From: an uncultured Clostridium sp.
GTDB taxonomy: Bacteria > Bacillota > Clostridia > Oscillospirales > Oscillospiraceae
Assembly: GCA_904420465.1 (NCBI GenBank)
Contig: CAJFVL010000002.1
Coordinates: forward strand, 1,177-65,176
DNA length: 64,000 nucleotides
Reading direction: 5' to 3'
Under the pieces are notes generated by a model, which saw only the letters and a list, made by a program, of their open reading frames with translations, was not told the DNA's origin and did not search any database. How positions within the stretch are numbered: the stretch's first letter is position 1; each line of letters begins with the position of its first letter. Positions 9,526 to 18,409 of this stretch are shown piece by piece. Both the position numbers and the translations under genes were made by a program.

Positions 9526-9558
9526 CAAAGCAGTGGAGTCAAATATCATGAGTTTGGT

Positions 9559-10188
9559 TTACAGCTGGCTGACGACCGTCTGATAGATCCGGTCGGCCAC
9601 GGGCAGGGCGCGCTCCAGCAGAGCCTCGCCCTTTTTGCGGTAATCCTCGGCCAGCTCCTTGTTTTTCAGACTGCCGATGTTGATGAGCACGTTGAGCCAG
9701 GCGCCCTGGATGGCGGCGCGCAGGGACAGGGCGGACACACCCAGGTCGCTGGCGGCGCTGTCATTGGACTTGCCCAGGATGGAGTCGGTGAGCTCCAGGG
9801 TCTCCACGGCCAGCTCCATCATCTCAAAGGGGGTGGCGGTGCAGCCCTCCAGCCCCTTCTGAATGGCGGCGGAGCGGGCGGCCTTCTCCTCGTCGGTCTC
9901 CTTGGGCATGCCGAAGGCGGCGCTGACCACGTTGAAGGCCTCGGTGTCCCGGTCCATCACGTCCACAAAGCGGGCCTTCAGGCTCTCGGCCTTCTTCTGG
10001 GCCTCGGCGGCCAGCTCCTGATACTCGGCGTACTTCTTTTTGCCCACGGTCAGGCCGCACACCATGGCGGTGAGGGCGGCGCCCAGGGCGCCCTCCAGAG
10101 CGGCGGCGGAGCCGCCGCCGGGGGCGGGGGCGTCAGAGGCCAGCAGGTCAACAAACTCAGCGGTCTGCAGTTCGGCTAATTTCTTCAT
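9559..10188 (-). CDS. fchA: Formimino-THF cyclodeaminase / methenyl-THF cyclohydrolase (FTCD_C, FchA family)
   Basis: LASDAPAPGGGSAAAL, D.DTEAF, ASDLGV and AWLNVLINIGS motifs. Confidence 0.92.
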   Translation of the reverse strand: MKKLAELQTAEFVDLLASDAPAPGGGSAAALEGALGAALTAMVCGLTVGKKKYAEYQELAAEAQKKAESLKARFVDVMDRDTEAFNVVSAAFGMPKETDEEKAARSAAIQKGLEGCTATPFEMMELAVETLELTDSILGKSNDSAASDLGVSALSLRAAIQGAWLNVLINIGSLKNKELAEDYRKKGEALLERALPVADRIYQTVVSQL

Positions 10189-10220
10189 GTCGTCGTTCTC
10201 CTTTTCTCGTCCGGCCTGTC

Positions 10221-11135
10221 TTACTTCATGTCCAGCAGGTGATACTCCATGATCTGGTTGTGGCAGTCAAAGTCCTTGGCCTTCAGGTAGAACTCGGCGC
10301 AGTCAATCATGGCCTTGGCGGGGGTCAGGCCCACGATCTCGCTGTCGATGATGTAGGTGCCGTAGCGCTCGGCCAGAGCGCGGACCATCTCATAGACCAC
10401 ATACAGGGGGGTGTCCTCATAGTTGACCATGTTCATGGACACCTGGGCAATGCCCCGGTCCTCCATCATAAAGCCCATGGCCTTGCAGCTGCGGAAGCCG
10501 CCGGAGGAGCCGCGGATCACTTTGGCGATCTTCTTGGCAACCTCCACGTCGGAGGTGGCCAGGTTGATGTTGAAGGCAACCAGAGGCATACGGGCGCCGA
10601 TGGCGGTGACGCCGGCGGTGGGGTGAATCTTCCGCTCGCCGTAGTCGGGAGCCCAGTCGGGCTGGAGCAGCTTCTCGGGCATGCCCTCAAACTCGCCCTT
10701 GCGGATGGTGGCCAGGTTGCGGCGCTCGGGCCGGGTGGCGGAGTCCTCGTACAGGAAGGAGGGGACCTTCAGCTCGTCCCAGATGCGCTGGGCCACCCGC
10801 TTGGACAGCTCCACGCACTCCTCCACGGTGACGTCCTTGGACTGGGGCACAAAGGGAATCACGTCGGTGGCTCCCATGCGCTTGTGCTCGCCCTTGTGCT
10901 TGTTCATGTCGATGCGCTCGGTGGCAACCTTGGTCAGACGGAACACGACCTCCTCGATGGCGTCGATGTTGCCGATCAGGGTGAACACGCAGCGGTTGTG
11001 GTTGCCGTCGGTCTGGGCGTCGAACAGGGTGCATCCGGGAACGCTGTTGGCCGCCTCCACCAGGGCGTTATAGGTCGCTTCGTCCTTCTCCTTGCTGCAG
11101 CTGAAATTGGGGATACATTCTACGAGCTTAGCCAT
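10221..11135 (-). CDS. ftcD: Glutamate formiminotransferase
   Basis: LVECIPNFS, D.NHNRCV, HKGEH.RMGATDVIPFVP, IRKGEFEG and GAR.PLVAFN motifs. ATG at 11135 follows GGAGG. Confidence 0.95.
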   Translation of the reverse strand: MAKLVECIPNFSCSKEKDEATYNALVEAANSVPGCTLFDAQTDGNHNRCVFTLIGNIDAIEEVVFRLTKVATERIDMNKHKGEHKRMGATDVIPFVPQSKDVTVEECVELSKRVAQRIWDELKVPSFLYEDSATRPERRNLATIRKGEFEGMPEKLLQPDWAPDYGERKIHPTAGVTAIGARMPLVAFNINLATSDVEVAKKIAKVIRGSSGGFRSCKAMGFMMEDRGIAQVSMNMVNYEDTPLYVVYEMVRALAERYGTYIIDSEIVGLTPAKAMIDCAEFYLKAKDFDCHNQIMEYHLLDMK

Positions 11136-11278
11136 GTCAGATTCCTCCATCAAAATCATAGTTTGCATGCGCGGGTATCGGTACGGTTTGCAGATCTCCA
11201 TGCGGACAGACGGGCCGCCCCCAGGGCGCACACCGGCACGCCCCCTTCCCGGACAGGCCCTCTGCTCTCAGTGGTTCT

Positions 11279-11355
11279 ATTCTATCCCAACTGCCCCCGC
11301 TCCGTAAACGGCTTCCTTTTTCCGTTTTTCTCGCTGCGCTTTGTTTCGTTAAGCG
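11279..11355 (-). promoter_or_regulatory. ftcD-operon promoter with conserved upstream motif (copy 1)
   Basis: Minus-strand -10 TAGAAT. 18 bp away lies CGTAAACGGCTTCCTTTTTCCGTTT (plus, 11303-11327), nearly identical to the element upstream of fhs. Confidence 0.7.
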
Positions 11356-11378
11356 TATCGTTCAAAACCGATCAGAAA

Positions 11379-12293
11379 TTAAATTGTTTCCGATTCCTCC
11401 CTCTTTGGGGGTGCATCCTGAAACATAGCCAGGAACAGCTTGACACAGTTGGCGTAATAGATATTGTCACTCCAGACCAAGGTGGGATAGGATCTGACCT
11501 GAATGCCCCGGATGGGCTTGGTGTAGATATTGGAATTGGGGTGGGTGGCCACAATGGATCGGGGCAGATAGCTGACCCCGAAGCCGGCCTGGACCAGCTG
11601 CATGGCCATGGGGGTGTCATAGCACTGGCACACAAGATTGGGGGACACCCCGCTGCGCTGGCACTCGTTGATCAGATGGCTGCTGTAGCCCCACAGGTCG
11701 TCGCTGCGCAGCAGGCACATGGGCACATCTTCCAGCGCCTCGATGGGGACCACATCCTGTCCGGGCGCCGGATCGGTCTCCGGACACATCACCAGCTCCA
11801 GAGGGTCCTCCCCCAAAATCTTCTCCCGCACGCCGTAGCCTTTCCCTGACGAGGTGCGCAGAAAGAGCACATGGAGGTTTCCCCGGCTCAAATCCTCCAT
11901 CAGGTCGGCGGGCGAGCCCAGGCGGATGTAGAGCTCCACCTGAGGATACTGCCGATGATATTCCTTCAGCCGCTCCAGCACCACCGGAATATTGGAGTAG
12001 ATGATTCCGATTTTCAGCATCCCCCGCAGGCCGGCGTTCACATCCCGGACACTGTCCACGATGGTGCGCAGATTCTGGAACACATGCTGGCTCTGCTGGT
12101 ACAGGCTGCGGCCGGCCTCGGTCAGCTCCACCCCCTTGTTGGTGCGCAGAAACAGGCACACCCCCAGCTCATCCTCCAGCATGGAAATCTGCCGGCTGAT
12201 GGGGGGCTGGGCCACATGGAGGATACGGGCCGCGCCTGAAAAGCTCTTGGCCTCCGCCACGGCGGAGAAATACTCCAGCTGTTTAAAGTTCAC
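11379..12293 (-). CDS. LysR family transcriptional regulator, divergent from hutUI
   Basis: NFKQLEYF...SFSGAA..LHVAQPPISRQI..LE.ELG..LF.R...LT.AG HTH. GTG start at 12293 (or TTG at 12299). Confidence 0.93.
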   Translation of the reverse strand: MNFKQLEYFSAVAEAKSFSGAARILHVAQPPISRQISMLEDELGVCLFLRTNKGVELTEAGRSLYQQSQHVFQNLRTIVDSVRDVNAGLRGMLKIGIIYSNIPVVLERLKEYHRQYPQVELYIRLGSPADLMEDLSRGNLHVLFLRTSSGKGYGVREKILGEDPLELVMCPETDPAPGQDVVPIEALEDVPMCLLRSDDLWGYSSHLINECQRSGVSPNLVCQCYDTPMAMQLVQAGFGVSYLPRSIVATHPNSNIYTKPIRGIQVRSYPTLVWSDNIYYANCVKLFLAMFQDAPPKREESETI

Positions 12294-12301
12294 AGTCAAC
12301 C

Positions 12302-12316
12302 ATACCTTTTCCGTAT
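12302..12316. promoter_or_regulatory. Putative LysR binding site
   Basis: ATAC-N7-GTAT (T-N11-A) dyad in the divergent lysR/hutU intergenic region. Confidence 0.55.
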
Positions 12317-12441
12317 ATCAATTATATAATATGAGTGCTTTTCATTATAGCAGATTTCGAGTAAAATACAACTATAAAGAAGAGCATAAATGCACCGCAA
12401 TTTATGTTTTTCACAAAATTTTAAGAATCGAGGGACAGACC

Positions 12442-14475
12442 ATGAGTGGTACATTCAACGTGAACGACGCCATGACCATCAAGCTCGACTACGAGCTGCC
12501 CGAGTACCCCGCCTTCGAGGAGGGTATCCGCCGCGCCCCCCGCCGCGAGTCCCACCTGACCGAGGCTGACAAGGCTCTGGCCATCAAGAATGCCCTGCGC
12601 TACATCCATCCTGACCATCACGAGCAGATGGCCAAGGAGTTTGCCCAGGAGCTGGAGGAGCACGGCCGCATTTATGGCTACCGTTTCCGTCCCGCCGGCA
12701 AGCTGTACGGCAAGCCCATCGACGAGTACAAGGGCAACTGCACCGAGGCCAAGGCTTTCCAGGTCATGATCGACAACAACCTGGACTTTGAGGTCGCCCT
12801 CTATCCCTATGAGCTGGTCACCTACGGCGAGTCCGGCCAGGTCTGCCAGAACTGGATGCAGTACCGCCTGATCAAGAAGTATCTGGAGGTCATGACCGAC
12901 GAGCAGACTCTGGTGGTCATGTCCGGCCACCCCCTGGGCCTGTTCCACAGCCACAAGCTGGCCCCCCGCTGCATCATCTCCAACGGCCTGATGATCGGCA
13001 TGTATGACGACCAGAAGAACTTCAACCGCGCCGCCGCCATCGGCGTGGCCAACTACGGCCAGATGACCGCCGGCGGCTGGATGTACATCGGTCCCCAGGG
13101 CATCGTCCACGGCACCTTCAACACCCTTCTGGGCGCCGGCCGCACCAAGCTGGGCATCCCCGAGGACGGCAACCTGGCCGGCCGTCTGTTCATCTCCGCC
13201 GGTCTGGGCGGCATGTCCGGAGCTCAGGGCAAGGCCGCTGAGATCGCCGGCGCCGCCTCCATCATCGCCGAGGTGGACGACTCCCGCATCACCACCCGCT
13301 ACACCCAGGGCTGGGTCTCCCACCGCACCGACAGCCTGGACGAGGCCTGGAAGATCGCCAAGGAGAACCTGGACAACAAGACCCCCTGCGCCGTCGCCTA
13401 TCACGGCAACATCGTGGATCTGCTGGAGTACCTGTACGACAAGGGCGTCCATGTGGATCTGATGAGCGATCAGACCTCCTGCCACATGGCTTATGACGGC
13501 GGCTACTGCCCCCAGGGCCTGACCTTCGAGCAGCGCACCGACATGCTGGACAAGGACCCCGACGGCTTTGCCAAGCTGGTGGACAAGTCCCTGAAGCATC
13601 ACTACGAGATGATCTGCAAGTTCCATGACAAGGGCACCTACTTCTTCGATTACGGCAACGCCTTCCTGAAGTCCGTGTATGACGCCGGCGTGCCCGCCAA
13701 GGATATCTGCAAAAACGGCGAGAACGATCTGGACGGCTTTGTTTTCCCCTCCTATGTGGAAGACATCCTGGGTCCCTTCCTGTTCGACTACGGCTATGGC
13801 CCCTTCCGCTGGTGCTGCCTGTCCCGGAACCCCGAGGACCTGGACAAGACCGACATGGCCGCCGCCGACTACATCAAGGCTCACAACCGCCGCTATCAGG
13901 ACCACGACAACTATGTCTGGCTGCGTGACGCCAAGAAGAACAAGCTGGTTGTCGGCACCCAGTGCCGCATCCTGTACGCCGACGCCATGGGCCGCATGAA
14001 CATCGCTCTGAAGTTCAACGAAATGGTCCGCAACGGCGAGATCGGCCCCGTCATGCTGGGCCGCGACCACCACGATACCGGCGGAACCGACTCCCCCTTC
14101 CGTGAGACCTCCAACATCAAGGACGGCTCCAATGTGATGGCAGACATGGCCACCCAGTGCTACGCCGGCAATGCCGCCCGCGGCATGAGCCTGGTCGCCC
14201 TGCACAACGGCGGCGGCGTGGGTGTCAGCAAGTCCATCAACGGCGGCTTCGGCATGGTGCTGGACGGCTCCGAGCGGGTGGACCAGATTCTGAAGATGTC
14301 CATGCCCTGGGACGTTATGGTGGGTGTTGCCCGCCGCTCCTGGGCCCGGAACGAGAACGCCGTGTCCACCGCTGCCGAGTACAACAAGATGTACGAGGGC
14401 CAGGACCACATCACCCTGCCTTATGTGGCTGATGACTCCGTCGTGGAGGCTGCTCTGAAGTCCGTGGAGGGCTGA
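12442..14475 (+). CDS. hutU: Urocanate hydratase (long ~677 aa form)
   Basis: YGQMTAGGWMYIGPQGIVHGT, GLGGMSGAQ, SDQTSCH, GPFRW, GRDHHD and HNGGGVG motifs. Confidence 0.97.
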   Translation: MSGTFNVNDAMTIKLDYELPEYPAFEEGIRRAPRRESHLTEADKALAIKNALRYIHPDHHEQMAKEFAQELEEHGRIYGYRFRPAGKLYGKPIDEYKGNCTEAKAFQVMIDNNLDFEVALYPYELVTYGESGQVCQNWMQYRLIKKYLEVMTDEQTLVVMSGHPLGLFHSHKLAPRCIISNGLMIGMYDDQKNFNRAAAIGVANYGQMTAGGWMYIGPQGIVHGTFNTLLGAGRTKLGIPEDGNLAGRLFISAGLGGMSGAQGKAAEIAGAASIIAEVDDSRITTRYTQGWVSHRTDSLDEAWKIAKENLDNKTPCAVAYHGNIVDLLEYLYDKGVHVDLMSDQTSCHMAYDGGYCPQGLTFEQRTDMLDKDPDGFAKLVDKSLKHHYEMICKFHDKGTYFFDYGNAFLKSVYDAGVPAKDICKNGENDLDGFVFPSYVEDILGPFLFDYGYGPFRWCCLSRNPEDLDKTDMAAADYIKAHNRRYQDHDNYVWLRDAKKNKLVVGTQCRILYADAMGRMNIALKFNEMVRNGEIGPVMLGRDHHDTGGTDSPFRETSNIKDGSNVMADMATQCYAGNAARGMSLVALHNGGGVGVSKSINGGFGMVLDGSERVDQILKMSMPWDVMVGVARRSWARNENAVSTAAEYNKMYEGQDHITLPYVADDSVVEAALKSVEG

Positions 14476-14501
14476 TTCCCTAACAACCTTTAACATTCTG
14501 A

Positions 14502-14533
14502 AAAAGCGGGGGCGTGTACACGCCCCCGCTTTT
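14502..14533. terminator. Perfect 32-bp palindrome between hutU and hutI (terminator/stabiliser)
   Basis: AAAAGCGGGGGCGTGTACACGCCCCCGCTTTT. Confidence 0.6.
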
Positions 14534-14550
14534 GGAAAGGACGGCATGTT

Positions 14551-15777
14551 ATGCGTACACTGCTGCTGACCAACATCGGGATGCTGGCCACTCCGGAAGG
14601 GACCTCCGCCAAAAAGGGGGCGGAGCAGGGTCAGATCCGCTTTTTGAAGGACGCCTGGGTGCTGATCCAGGACGAGCACATCTCCCAGGTGGGAACCGGC
14701 GCTCCCCCCGCCGTCTCTGACGCCCAGGTGGTGGACGCCGGCGGCAATCTGGTCACCCCCGGTCTGGTGGACGCCCACACCCACCTGATTTTCGGCGGCT
14801 GGCGTCAGAACGAGCTGGGCATGAAGCTCCATGGCAAGAGCTATCTGGAAATTCAGAATGCCGGCGGCGGCATCCAGTCCACCACCAACGCCACCCGTCA
14901 GGCCACTGAGGAGGAGCTGACCGCCAAGGCTGCCAAGGCCCTGGATGAAATGATGCGGTTTGGCACCACCACCTGCGAGGCCAAGAGCGGCTATGGACTG
15001 TCCCTGGAGCATGAGCTCAAGCAGCTGCGGGCCATCCGCCGCCTGCAGGAGGAGCATCCCATGGATGTGGCGGCCACCTTTATGGGCGCCCACCTGGTTC
15101 CCGCCGAGTACAAGCAGAACCGGGCCGAGTACATCCGCCTGGTCTGTGAGGAGATGATGCCCGCCGTAAAGGAGCAGGGCATTGCCAAATACTGCGACGT
15201 GTTCTGTGAGGCGGATACCTTCTCGGTGGAGGAGTCCCGGCAGGTGCTGGAGGCCGGCTTGAAGTACGGCCTGCGCCCCAAGATTCACGCCGACGAGATC
15301 GAGGCCATCGGCGGCTCTCAGCTGGCCGGCGAAATCGGCGCCATCTCCGCCGAGCACCTGATTGTCTGTCCTCCCGAGGGAATCGAGAGTCTGGCCAAGG
15401 GCGGCGTCATCGCCTGTCTGCTGCCCGCCACCAGCTTCAACCTGGGGTCCACCTTCGCCCCCGCCCGGGCCATGGTGGAGGCCGGCGTTCCGGTAGCCAT
15501 GGCAACCGACTTCAATCCCGGCTCCTGCCCCTGTCTGAACCTCCAGTTTGTCATCAATCTGGGCTGCCTCAAGTACAGGCTCACTCCGGAGGAGGTTCTG
15601 ACCGCCGTCACACTCAACGCGGCCGCCGCCATTGACATGGCCGACCAGGTCGGTTCCGTTGAGGCGGGCAAGTTGGGTGACCTGGTGATCTGGGATGCCC
15701 CTGATTTGGACTATATCTGCTACCGGATCGGCAGCAATCTGGCCAAGGCCGTTATCAAGCGCGGCCGCCTGGTCTGA
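14551..15777 (+). CDS. hutI: Imidazolonepropionase
   Basis: PGLVDAHTHL, EAKSGYGL, DVFCE, HADEI, SAEHL and ATDFNPGS motifs. Confidence 0.97.
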   Translation: MRTLLLTNIGMLATPEGTSAKKGAEQGQIRFLKDAWVLIQDEHISQVGTGAPPAVSDAQVVDAGGNLVTPGLVDAHTHLIFGGWRQNELGMKLHGKSYLEIQNAGGGIQSTTNATRQATEEELTAKAAKALDEMMRFGTTTCEAKSGYGLSLEHELKQLRAIRRLQEEHPMDVAATFMGAHLVPAEYKQNRAEYIRLVCEEMMPAVKEQGIAKYCDVFCEADTFSVEESRQVLEAGLKYGLRPKIHADEIEAIGGSQLAGEIGAISAEHLIVCPPEGIESLAKGGVIACLLPATSFNLGSTFAPARAMVEAGVPVAMATDFNPGSCPCLNLQFVINLGCLKYRLTPEEVLTAVTLNAAAAIDMADQVGSVEAGKLGDLVIWDAPDLDYICYRIGSNLAKAVIKRGRLV

Positions 15778-15804
15778 GTTCATACAGCAAAGGGGGCGGC
15801 CGGC

Positions 15805-16242
15805 TTGGATCGCACTGATTATCAAATTTTGAACCTGCTCCAGCACGACTGCCGCGCCACGCTGAAATCCGTGGGGGACCTGGTGGGACTCACCGCCCCC
15901 GCGGTCTCTGAGCGGGTGCGCCGCATGGAGGAAAAGGGCGTGATCCGCTCCTTCCGCATTGATGTGGACCGCAGGCGCCTGGACTGCAACATGACCGGCT
16001 TCATTCTGGTGGCTCCGGAGCCGGAAAAATACAACCGCTTCTGTGAATTTTGCGAAAAGGCACCCGCCATTATCAGCCATTATCATGTCATCGGCGTGTT
16101 CAATGCCCTGCTCCGCTTTTCCGTCAAGGATACGGAGGAGCTGGATCGCCTGCTGGCATCCATCAAGCATTTCGGCAACTCTCAGACCTCTGTGGAGCTG
16201 AGCACCTACTTTGATGTAAAAGATATTCCTCTGCCGGACTGA
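15805..16242 (+). CDS. Lrp/AsnC family regulator
   Basis: MDRTD..IL.LLQ.D.R...VGLT.PAV.ERVRR.E..GVI HTH. Confidence 0.9.
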   Translation: MDRTDYQILNLLQHDCRATLKSVGDLVGLTAPAVSERVRRMEEKGVIRSFRIDVDRRRLDCNMTGFILVAPEPEKYNRFCEFCEKAPAIISHYHVIGVFNALLRFSVKDTEELDRLLASIKHFGNSQTSVELSTYFDVKDIPLPD

Positions 16243-16270
16243 GTCCCCCGCATCTCTCTCAAACAAACAG

Positions 16271-16302
16271 AAAAAGCACCGCACAGCCGTGCGGTGCTTT
16301 TT
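16271..16302. terminator. Bidirectional intrinsic terminator
   Basis: AAAAAGCACCGCAC-AGCC-GTGCGGTGCTTTTT. Confidence 0.85.
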
Positions 16303-16379
16303 CTATATGGAATGAGAGAGGGATTGTCAGCAGATCAAACCAGATTCCGCCCGGCGGAACCCCGGTGATCACACTTGGA

Positions 16380-18059
16380 TCAGAACAGGCCGGTGATCTT
16401 TCCGTTCTCGTCGATATCAATGCGCTCAGAGGCAGGCACCTTGGGCAGGCCGGGCATGGTCATGATGTCGCCGGTCTTGGCCACCAGGAAGCCGGCGCCG
16501 GCATTCACCTTGACCTCGCGGACCGTAATCTTGAAGCCGGTGGGGGCGCCGATCTTGGAGGCGTCGTCGGAGAAGGAGAACTGAGTCTTGGCCATACAGA
16601 TGGGCATCTTGTCAAAGCCCAGCTCGGTGAGCTGCTGAATCTGCTTCTTGGCCGCGGGGGTCACAATGACACCGTCGGCACGGTAGACCTTGGTGGCGAT
16701 GGCGTTCAGCTTCTCCTCGATGGAGCAGTCCAGATCATACACATACTTGAAGCTGTCGCTGCTCTCCTGCTCGCACAGGCGGACAACCTCCTCGGCCAGA
16801 GCGCGGCCGCCCTCGCCGCCCTTGGCCCAGACCTCGGACAGACGGACGTTGACGCCCTTCTCGCGGCACTTCTCCTCCACCAGCTTCAGCTCGGCCTGGG
16901 TGTCGGTGGGGAACGCGTTGATGGCCACCACGCAGGGCAGGCCGTAGACGTTCTTCACGTTGTCCACATGCTGCAGCAGATTGGGCAGGCCTTTCTCCAG
17001 AGCCTCCAGGTTCTCATGGTTCAGCTCGGGCTTGGGCACGCCGCCGTGATACTTCAGGGCGCGGACGGTAGCCACGATGACCACGGCGTCGGGATGGAAG
17101 CCGGCGGCACGGCACTTGATGTCGATGAACTTCTCCGCACCCAGGTCAGCCGCGAAGCCGGCCTCGGTCACGGTGTACTCAGTGAGCTTCATCGCGGTCT
17201 CGGTGGCCAGCATGGAGTTGCAGCCGTGGGCGATGTTGGCAAAGGGACCGCCGTGAATAAAGGCGGGGGTGTGCTCCAGGGTCTGGACCAGGTTGGGCTT
17301 GATGGCGTCCTTCAAAACAGCGGCCATGGCGCCCTCGGCCTTCAGGTCGTGGGCGGTAATGGGGGCGTCGCTGCGGCTGTAGGCCACCACCATCTTGGCC
17401 AGGCGGGCCTTCAGGTCGGCCAGGTCTCGGGACAGGCAGAGCACGGCCATGATCTCAGAGGCCACGGTGATATCGAAGCCGTCCTCACGGGGCACGCCGC
17501 TGGCCTTTCCGCCCAGGCCGCAGACGATGTGGCGCAGCTGGCGGTCATTCATATCCACCACCCGCTTCCAGACAATCTTGCGGGTGTCAATGTCCAGGGC
17601 GTTGCCCTGCTGAATGTGGTTGTCAATGAGGGCGGCCATCAGGTTGTTGGCAATGCCGATGGCGTGGAAGTCGCCGGTGAAGTGGAGGTTGATGTCCTCC
17701 ATGGGCACCACCTGGGCATAACCGCCGCCGGCGGCGCCGCCCTTCACGCCGAACACGGGGCCCAGGGAGGGCTCGCGCAGACAGACGGCGGTCTTTTTCC
17801 CGATCTTGTTCAGCGCGTCGGCCAGACCGACAGAGGTGGTGGTCTTGCCCTCGCCGGCGGGTGTGGGGCTGATGGCAGTTACCAGAACCAGCTTGGCCTT
17901 CCGGGGCATATCCTTCAGAGAGTGGATGTCCACCTTGGCCTTATAGTGGCCGTAGTGCTCCAGATTTTCGGGGGCAATCCCCAGCTTCGCGGCAACCTCC
18001 TCGATGGGAAGCATGGTGCTCTGCTGGGCGATCTCGATGTCAGACATAACGTTGCTCAT
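16380..18059 (-). CDS. fhs: Formate--tetrahydrofolate ligase
   Basis: [40 protein letters not shown] and IMTMPGLPK motifs. Confidence 0.98.
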   Translation of the reverse strand: MSNVMSDIEIAQQSTMLPIEEVAAKLGIAPENLEHYGHYKAKVDIHSLKDMPRKAKLVLVTAISPTPAGEGKTTTSVGLADALNKIGKKTAVCLREPSLGPVFGVKGGAAGGGYAQVVPMEDINLHFTGDFHAIGIANNLMAALIDNHIQQGNALDIDTRKIVWKRVVDMNDRQLRHIVCGLGGKASGVPREDGFDITVASEIMAVLCLSRDLADLKARLAKMVVAYSRSDAPITAHDLKAEGAMAAVLKDAIKPNLVQTLEHTPAFIHGGPFANIAHGCNSMLATETAMKLTEYTVTEAGFAADLGAEKFIDIKCRAAGFHPDAVVIVATVRALKYHGGVPKPELNHENLEALEKGLPNLLQHVDNVKNVYGLPCVVAINAFPTDTQAELKLVEEKCREKGVNVRLSEVWAKGGEGGRALAEEVVRLCEQESSDSFKYVYDLDCSIEEKLNAIATKVYRADGVIVTPAAKKQIQQLTELGFDKMPICMAKTQFSFSDDASKIGAPTGFKITVREVKVNAGAGFLVAKTGDIMTMPGLPKVPASERIDIDENGKITGLF

Positions 18060-18158
18060 ATTGACGCCTCCTAAAAATATTAAGTATACGATTTCCTTCT
18101 TCTGTCGCGCCGGGAAGAATACCGGATCTGACTGGGTTCTCTTTGTTTTGGTACCTCT

Positions 18159-18235
18159 ATTGTAGCGCCGAACGGTGGATTTCGTAAACGGTTTCCTTTT
18201 TCCATTTCCTGTCCACTTCTTTTGTTCTTGAAGCG
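18159..18235 (-). promoter_or_regulatory. fhs promoter with conserved upstream motif (copy 2)
   Basis: Minus-strand -10 TACAAT. 18 bp away lies CGTAAACGGTTTCCTTTTTCCATTT (plus, 18183-18207). Confidence 0.7.
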
Positions 18236-18299
18236 AAAGGCCGGGTTTGCTTTCAAAGAAAAAGTCCCTTTTCTCCTCCTCCGGCGGCCCACACAGCGG

Positions 18300-18328
18300 T
18301 TGAAACTTCCGCCTCCTTCCGCTATAAT
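18300..18328 (+). promoter_or_regulatory. sigmaA promoter for the large regulator
   Basis: TTGAAA-17 bp-TATAAT. Confidence 0.7.
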
Positions 18329-18409
18329 ATAATGGTCGTAGTAGTCATGTACCCAGCTGCTCTCCTCCCGGAACGCAGCACGGTGCGCCACGCATAAAGG
18401 AGCTTTTTT

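Noticed and set aside
12421-16284. Very long antisense ORFs (1287 aa here; also 5547-8258, 25917-28724, 44970-47495, 57105-59108 and others)
   Set aside because: Shadow frames of real genes caused by high GC3; no recognisable motifs, and they span several opposite-strand genes.
18060-18160. ZTP (pfl) riboswitch upstream of fhs
   Set aside because: Consensus elements are not present in the short leader.
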